The notes beneath the pieces are model-generated. The model was given only the letters and a program-made list of their open reading frames with translations, ran no database searches and was not told the origin of the DNA. 64,000 nucleotides of DNA from an uncultured Ruminococcus sp. (lineage in GTDB: Bacteria > Bacillota > Clostridia > Oscillospirales > Ruminococcaceae): contig CALEUW010000018.1 of NCBI GenBank assembly GCA_937920725.1, positions 123,447 through 187,446 of the forward strand, written 5' to 3'. Positions within the stretch are counted from its first letter, which is position 1. Each line of letters opens with the position of its first letter. Of this stretch, positions 59,690 to 64,000 are shown piece after piece. A program made the position numbers and the translations under genes.

Positions 59690-61405
59690 ATGAGAAAGAT
59701 GTTAAATAGGGCTTTTAGTATTATTATCTCATCGGTTATCGCTTTAACATGGTGCACTGTACTGCCTGTAAATGCGGCTGTCGGCGGAACGATGATAGAG
59801 ATAACAAAAGAAAGTCAGGTCGTAGACACTATGACCTATAACGGAAAAACTGTAAGCGCTTTGTATCATCCGATTGATAAGCTTACAAGCGAAGAGGTGT
59901 TTTCAGACGAAATCTATTCGTGTGCAGCGCTCATAAAAAAGTTTTATAAAACGGTTTTTTCTATTGATATGGATTGGCTTATGCCCGGAAACGATCCTAC
60001 TGCCTTGAATGCTGAATTTGTAAAAACACCTGTTCCTAAGGCAGGAGATATTTATATGTGCAATAACCATTGGGCTATAGTTAAAAAGGTAAGCGGTTCT
60101 ACCGTTACCTTGTTTGAACAAAATTGGTGCTGGCTAGGCGGCGAAAAAGGAACTACAACATATGCTCAATACGGCAGAACAGTAGATACTAAGTCGCTTG
60201 ATAAAAGCATCGGCGAAACATTTTATACGGTCAGTAAAGCTTCAAACTCTGATTTGCTAAAACCGATATCGGCGGTGAAAATGTCGATCGTCGCTAATTT
60301 TAAGGTAGCATCAATAACAGCAGCTAGTGTATGTCTTACTTGGAACAAGGTGATAGGTGCTGAAGGATATATAGTTTATAAATACGATGAACTTAAGAAA
60401 ACTTGGGTGCGGCTGATAAAAACATCCTCAGCGTCCACTACATACACAGTATCTGATCTTAGCAATGCAACCTCTTATAGGTTTGCGGTAAAGGCATACA
60501 AAACCGTAGGCGGAAAGGAAGTAACAAGCACATCTTTTCCAACTGTATCGGCAATAACTGCACTTCCTACAGTATCGGGCTTTAAAACCGCGGCTGTTTC
60601 CGGTGAAGCAGTAAGATTGACATGGAACAAAGTAGGAAGCGCAGACGGATATATTTTATATAAGTATGATAATGCAAAGAAAACATGGGTGAGAGTCGCA
60701 AAGACCGAAACTGCATCAAATACATATACAATTTCAAAATTGAGCAATGCAACCTCTTATAGGTTTGCGGTAAAGGCGTACAAAACCGTAGGCGGAAAGG
60801 AAGTAACAAGCACATCTTTCCCAACAGTTTCGACATCAACTGTACTTCCTACAGTAACCGGCTTTAAAACCTCAGCTGTTTCCGGTGAATCAGTAAGACT
60901 GACATGGAACAAAGTAGGAAGCGCAGACGGATATATTTTATATAAGTACGATATCGCAAAGAAAACATGGGTGAGAGTTGCAAAGACTGAAACTATATCA
61001 AATACATATACAGTTTCAGAATTAAGTAATGCAACTCCTTATAGGTTTGCGGTAAAGGCATATAAAACTGTAGGCGGAAGGGAAGTAACAAGTGCATCTT
61101 TCCCAACTGTTTCAACAACAACTGTACTTTCAAATGTTGTAAATAAAACTGCGACAGTTGGAAAGAATTCCGTTAAGCTAGCATGGAATAAGGTGGGGAA
61201 TGCAGACGGCTATATTGTATATAGTTACGATAACGCAAAGAAAACGTGGATAAGAACTGTAAAAACAACATCACTTAACTATACATACAAAAATCTTTCA
61301 AGCAACACGTCATATAAATTTACTGTAAAGGCATATAAGACGGTAAGCGGAAAAGAGATAACGAGTTTAAGCTTTACTCCTGTTTCCGTTAAGACAAAGA
61401 AGTAA
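59690..61405 (+). CDS. secreted CHAP-like (Cys/His peptidase/amidase) domain protein with four tandem fibronectin-type-III-like repeats
   Basis: Signal peptide. The N-terminal domain has a Cys (YSCAALIKKFY) and a His (NNHWAIVKKV) in a CHAP-like arrangement. Four ~95-aa repeats follow (...VRLTWNKVGSADGYILYKYD...TWVRVAKTE...YRFAVKAYKTVGGKEVTS...). Confidence 0.6.
   Translation: MRKMLNRAFSIIISSVIALTWCTVLPVNAAVGGTMIEITKESQVVDTMTYNGKTVSALYHPIDKLTSEEVFSDEIYSCAALIKKFYKTVFSIDMDWLMPGNDPTALNAEFVKTPVPKAGDIYMCNNHWAIVKKVSGSTVTLFEQNWCWLGGEKGTTTYAQYGRTVDTKSLDKSIGETFYTVSKASNSDLLKPISAVKMSIVANFKVASITAASVCLTWNKVIGAEGYIVYKYDELKKTWVRLIKTSSASTTYTVSDLSNATSYRFAVKAYKTVGGKEVTSTSFPTVSAITALPTVSGFKTAAVSGEAVRLTWNKVGSADGYILYKYDNAKKTWVRVAKTETASNTYTISKLSNATSYRFAVKAYKTVGGKEVTSTSFPTVSTSTVLPTVTGFKTSAVSGESVRLTWNKVGSADGYILYKYDIAKKTWVRVAKTETISNTYTVSELSNATPYRFAVKAYKTVGGREVTSASFPTVSTTTVLSNVVNKTATVGKNSVKLAWNKVGNADGYIVYSYDNAKKTWIRTVKTTSLNYTYKNLSSNTSYKFTVKAYKTVSGKEITSLSFTPVSVKTKK
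60290..61400 (+). repeat. tandem ~285-bp coding repeats (4 copies; copies 2 and 3 near-identical at DNA level)
   Basis: For example tcttataggtttgcggtaaaggc(a/g)tacaaaaccgtaggcggaaaggaagtaacaagcacatcttt occurs at both ~60472 and ~60757. Confidence 0.8.
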
Positions 61406-61422
61406 ATGTGCAAAATAAAAAA

Positions 61423-61458
61423 ACAGACCAATCTTTAATAGCTCGGTCTGTTTTTTTT
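61423..61458. terminator. bidirectional terminator between the CHAP/Fn3 gene and ispE
   Basis: acagacc...ggtctgt hairpin with an A-run upstream and a T-run downstream. Confidence 0.6.
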
Positions 61459-61459
61459 G

Positions 61460-62338
61460 TTAATCTTCTATTGATACTCCGTATGAAACGGGTTCGGCAA
61501 GGCTTACAAACGAAAATTTCTCCTTTAGCTCTTTGTAAGCTCTTTCGGCAGCACTTTTTCGCTTGAAAAGTCCGAAAACGGCACTTCCGCTTCCTGTCAT
61601 TATCGAATCTAATGCACCGTAGTCAAGAAGCGCATTTTTAGCGTCGTCAATCACTTCTCTCGGAGTGATGAATTCCAAAACGTTAAACATATTTTTAGAT
61701 AGCTTTTTTATATTGCCCTGTGCTATTGAGTCTAAAAGCTTGTCCTGCTTGAAGTTTGTGGTTATGTGCATACTGTCAAAGCGTTTGTATGCTGCTTCTG
61801 TAGGGGACAAAACATCTGATTTTATTATTACTGCATGAAAGTTAATAAGCGGAATTAAGGGTGTAAGCTTTTCGCCTATTCCTTCGCATAGAATGGTTCC
61901 GCCGTTTAAACAAAACGGAACATCAGCTCCGACACTTACTCCGATATTTAAAAGCTCCTTTTTTGAAAAGTCTAGGTCATAGAGTTTGTTGAGCGCAATA
62001 AGTGTAGCAGCAGCGTCTGCACTTCCGCCGCCGAGTCCCGCACCGTGAGGAATTTTTTTGGATAAGTGAATTTTAATGCCGGTTAAAATCTCTTTTTCTG
62101 TTGCGTTGAAAAGCTTCATCGCAGCTTTGTATATAATATTTTTCTCATCTGTCGGAATGCTTTCTTCATCACAGGTTATAAAAATTCCTTTGTCCTCACA
62201 TTTTTCAAAGCTTAATGTATCGTGAAGGGAAACGCTCTGCATAATTGTTGAAAGAAGATGATATCCATCATCTCTGATCCCCGTGATGTCAAGCGATAAA
62301 TTTATTTTGGCATAAGCCTTTGCCGTGATTTTGTTCAT
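61460..62338 (-). CDS. ispE: 4-diphosphocytidyl-2-C-methyl-D-erythritol kinase
   Basis: ...AYAKINLSLDI...PHGAGLGGGSADAAATLIALNKLY... (GHMP kinase). Confidence 0.9.
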   Translation of the reverse strand: MNKITAKAYAKINLSLDITGIRDDGYHLLSTIMQSVSLHDTLSFEKCEDKGIFITCDEESIPTDEKNIIYKAAMKLFNATEKEILTGIKIHLSKKIPHGAGLGGGSADAAATLIALNKLYDLDFSKKELLNIGVSVGADVPFCLNGGTILCEGIGEKLTPLIPLINFHAVIIKSDVLSPTEAAYKRFDSMHITTNFKQDKLLDSIAQGNIKKLSKNMFNVLEFITPREVIDDAKNALLDYGALDSIMTGSGSAVFGLFKRKSAAERAYKELKEKFSFVSLAEPVSYGVSIED

Positions 62339-62341
62339 ACT

Positions 62342-63517
62342 TTATTCCTTTTTCAATTCTTCTAAAAACTCTTTGATGCATTTCAAAGCGATTTTCAGGT
62401 GCTTCAGCGAATAAGCATAAGAAACTCTTATAAAACCTTCTCCGCAATCTCCGAAAGCATTTCCGGGAACGACGGCAACTTTTTTGGAAAACAAAAGCTT
62501 TTCGCAAAACTCTTCGCTTGAAAGACCGGTGGACTTTATACAGGGAAATACATAAAACGCCCCCTCAGGCGTAAAACACTCAAGTCCGATTTTGTTGAAT
62601 TCATCAACCACAAATCTTCTTCGCATATCATATTCCGCAACCATCATTTTAACGTCGTTCAGACAGCTTTGAAGCCCTTCTATCGCAGCATACTGAGATA
62701 CGGTAGGAGAGGACATAATAGCGTATTGATGAATTTTTAATATCTGAGAAACCATTTCCTCAGGACCGCATAAATATCCAAGTCGCCAACCTGTCATTGC
62801 AAAGCCTTTGGAGAATCCGTTTATCAAAATTGTTCTTTCTCTCATTCCGTCAATTTCAACAATAGATGTATGCTTTTTGCCGTATGTAAGCTCTGAGTAT
62901 ATTTCGTCAGACAAAATGACTATATTTGTTTCTCTTAATACATCTGCAATCTGTTCCAAATCTTCTCTTGTCATAATCGCACCTGTTGGATTATTAGGAA
63001 AAGGAAGAATAAGTGCTTTTGTTTTGTCAGTTATTTTTTCTCTGAGATCATCAGCTGTAAGCTTAAAGTTATCCTTTTCTTTTGTTTCTATGACAGAAAC
63101 TATGCCGCCGCAAAGCTCAACAATCGGTCTGTAGCACACAAAGCAAGGTTCTACAACTAAAACTTCATCGCCCGGTTCTATCATCGCCCGAATGGATAAA
63201 TCAATTGCCTCCGAGCCTCCTACCGTGACAACGATCTCGTTTTCACTGTTATAGTGTGTATGGACAGTATTCTCTGTGTATTTTGAAATCCCGGCTCTCA
63301 AATCTGCAAGACCGGAGTTTGCAGTATAAAAGGTTTTTCCCTTTTCAAGGGCTGTAATAGCAGCCCGTCTTATAGGCCAAGGAGTCTGAAAGTCCGGCTC
63401 ACCGACGCCTAGAGAAATTGCCCCCTCCATTGTAGCGGCAAGATCGAAAAACTTTCTTATTCCGGAAGGTTTCATTTCACGGGTCGCTTTGTTTATAATT
63501 CTACTGTAATCTATCAT
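62342..63517 (-). CDS. class I/II pyridoxal-phosphate-dependent aminotransferase (aspartate aminotransferase-like)
   Basis: ...MKPSGIRKFFDLA...ISLGVGEPDFQTP...SFSKGFAMTGWRLGY... Confidence 0.8.
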   Translation of the reverse strand: MIDYSRIINKATREMKPSGIRKFFDLAATMEGAISLGVGEPDFQTPWPIRRAAITALEKGKTFYTANSGLADLRAGISKYTENTVHTHYNSENEIVVTVGGSEAIDLSIRAMIEPGDEVLVVEPCFVCYRPIVELCGGIVSVIETKEKDNFKLTADDLREKITDKTKALILPFPNNPTGAIMTREDLEQIADVLRETNIVILSDEIYSELTYGKKHTSIVEIDGMRERTILINGFSKGFAMTGWRLGYLCGPEEMVSQILKIHQYAIMSSPTVSQYAAIEGLQSCLNDVKMMVAEYDMRRRFVVDEFNKIGLECFTPEGAFYVFPCIKSTGLSSEEFCEKLLFSKKVAVVPGNAFGDCGEGFIRVSYAYSLKHLKIALKCIKEFLEELKKE

Positions 63518-63990
63518 GGGCTGACAAACCCTCTCTCATCAACGATTTCATCGCTTAAGTCAACGCCGTTGTCCTTATATTTCTTTAAGACAAAGTGAGT
63601 GGCAGTTGATAAAATTCCGTCAAGAGGCGCAAGGCGCTGAGAAACAAAAAGCGAAACGTCCAAAAGTGTTTTTCCTTTTACTGTAACGCCGAGGTCGTAT
63701 GCGCCTGACATAAGCCATACGTTTTCTACTTCTTCATATTGACCTACTGCTCTGGCAATTGCGTCAAAGCCACTTTGAGCTTTAGGCGAAACCTTAAGCT
63801 CAATATATGCAGTAACAGGATTAGAGTCTGCCTGTTCGTTTAAAACTGCACTGTATCCTTTGATAACGCCTTCTTGCTCGAGTCTTTCAATTTCTTTGTT
63901 TATCTCTTGTTCGGTTCTTCCAAGCAAAACCGCAAGCTCTGCACTCGAAGTGCGGGCATTTCTTTTTAATAGCTTTAAAAGCGAATCCAT
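63514..63990 (-). CDS. Lrp/AsnC-family transcriptional regulator
   Basis: HTH (...LLKRNARTSSAELAVLLGRTEQEINKEIERLEQEGVIKGY...) plus a C-terminal RAM domain. Confidence 0.8.
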   Translation of the reverse strand: MDSLLKLLKRNARTSSAELAVLLGRTEQEINKEIERLEQEGVIKGYSAVLNEQADSNPVTAYIELKVSPKAQSGFDAIARAVGQYEEVENVWLMSGAYDLGVTVKGKTLLDVSLFVSQRLAPLDGILSTATHFVLKKYKDNGVDLSDEIVDERGFVSP

Positions 63991-64000
63991 ATTTATGCCT

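Noticed and set aside
60290-61400. Regular ~285-bp repeats that could be mistaken for a CRISPR-like or satellite array.
   Set aside because: They lie entirely within one long ORF and encode Fn3-like protein repeats. There are no short unique spacers and no cas genes.

Overview
The window looks like a low-GC, spore-forming Firmicute (Clostridia-like) chromosome segment. Evidence is SpoIIE, a T-box trp leader, the gdpP-rplI-dnaB gene order and tilS-ftsH.

Genes, 5' to 3':
- Partial 3' end of ilvC.
- A ~20-kb Wzx/Wzy-type polysaccharide (EPS/capsule-like) locus on the + strand. It contains:
  - a priming phosphoglycosyl transferase;
  - an MmcQ/YjbR-like gene;
  - bifunctional L-fucokinase/GDP-fucose pyrophosphorylase (Fkp) and UDP-glucose 6-dehydrogenase;
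  - WecB/TagA, GT4, GT2 and other glycosyltransferases, plus a Glf-like flavoenzyme;
  - two hexapeptide acetyltransferases, a pyruvyl transferase, Wzy-like and Wzx proteins, and an acyltransferase-3;
  - an FrhB-like protein whose ferredoxin domain is a separate downstream ORF;
  - rfbB, preceded by a structured leader.
- trpE-trpGD-trpC-trpF-trpB-trpA on the minus strand, under a tRNA-Trp T-box leader.
- A minus-strand run of a DHHW-family lipoprotein, a PASTA lipoprotein, udp, a threonine aldolase-like gene, nadC, an AI-2E transporter and nadB.
- A hypothetical protein with a degenerate phosphohexomutase-like N-terminus.
- RNase J with a basic N-terminal extension, then gdpP-rplI-dnaB, tilS and ftsH.
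- A phd-doc toxin-antitoxin pair, metA and spoIIE.
- The glycogen operon glgB-glgC-glgD-glgA.
- A secreted CHAP-like/4xFn3 protein.
- ispE, an aminotransferase and an Lrp/AsnC regulator.

Most notable non-coding signals:
1. A ~60-nt structured leader occurs twice, upstream of rfbB and of glgB, and its hairpins show compensatory base changes.
2. A ~190-bp structured element occurs as two inverted copies 5.4 kb apart, bracketing tilS-ftsH-phd/doc-metA.
3. A 430-bp gap between the AI-2E transporter gene and nadC is packed with CAGAGGG/CCCTCTG inverted repeats.
4. gdpP has a long GC-palindrome-rich leader with an attenuator-like hairpin.

No rRNA, tRNA, CRISPR array, transposase or integrase was recognised.
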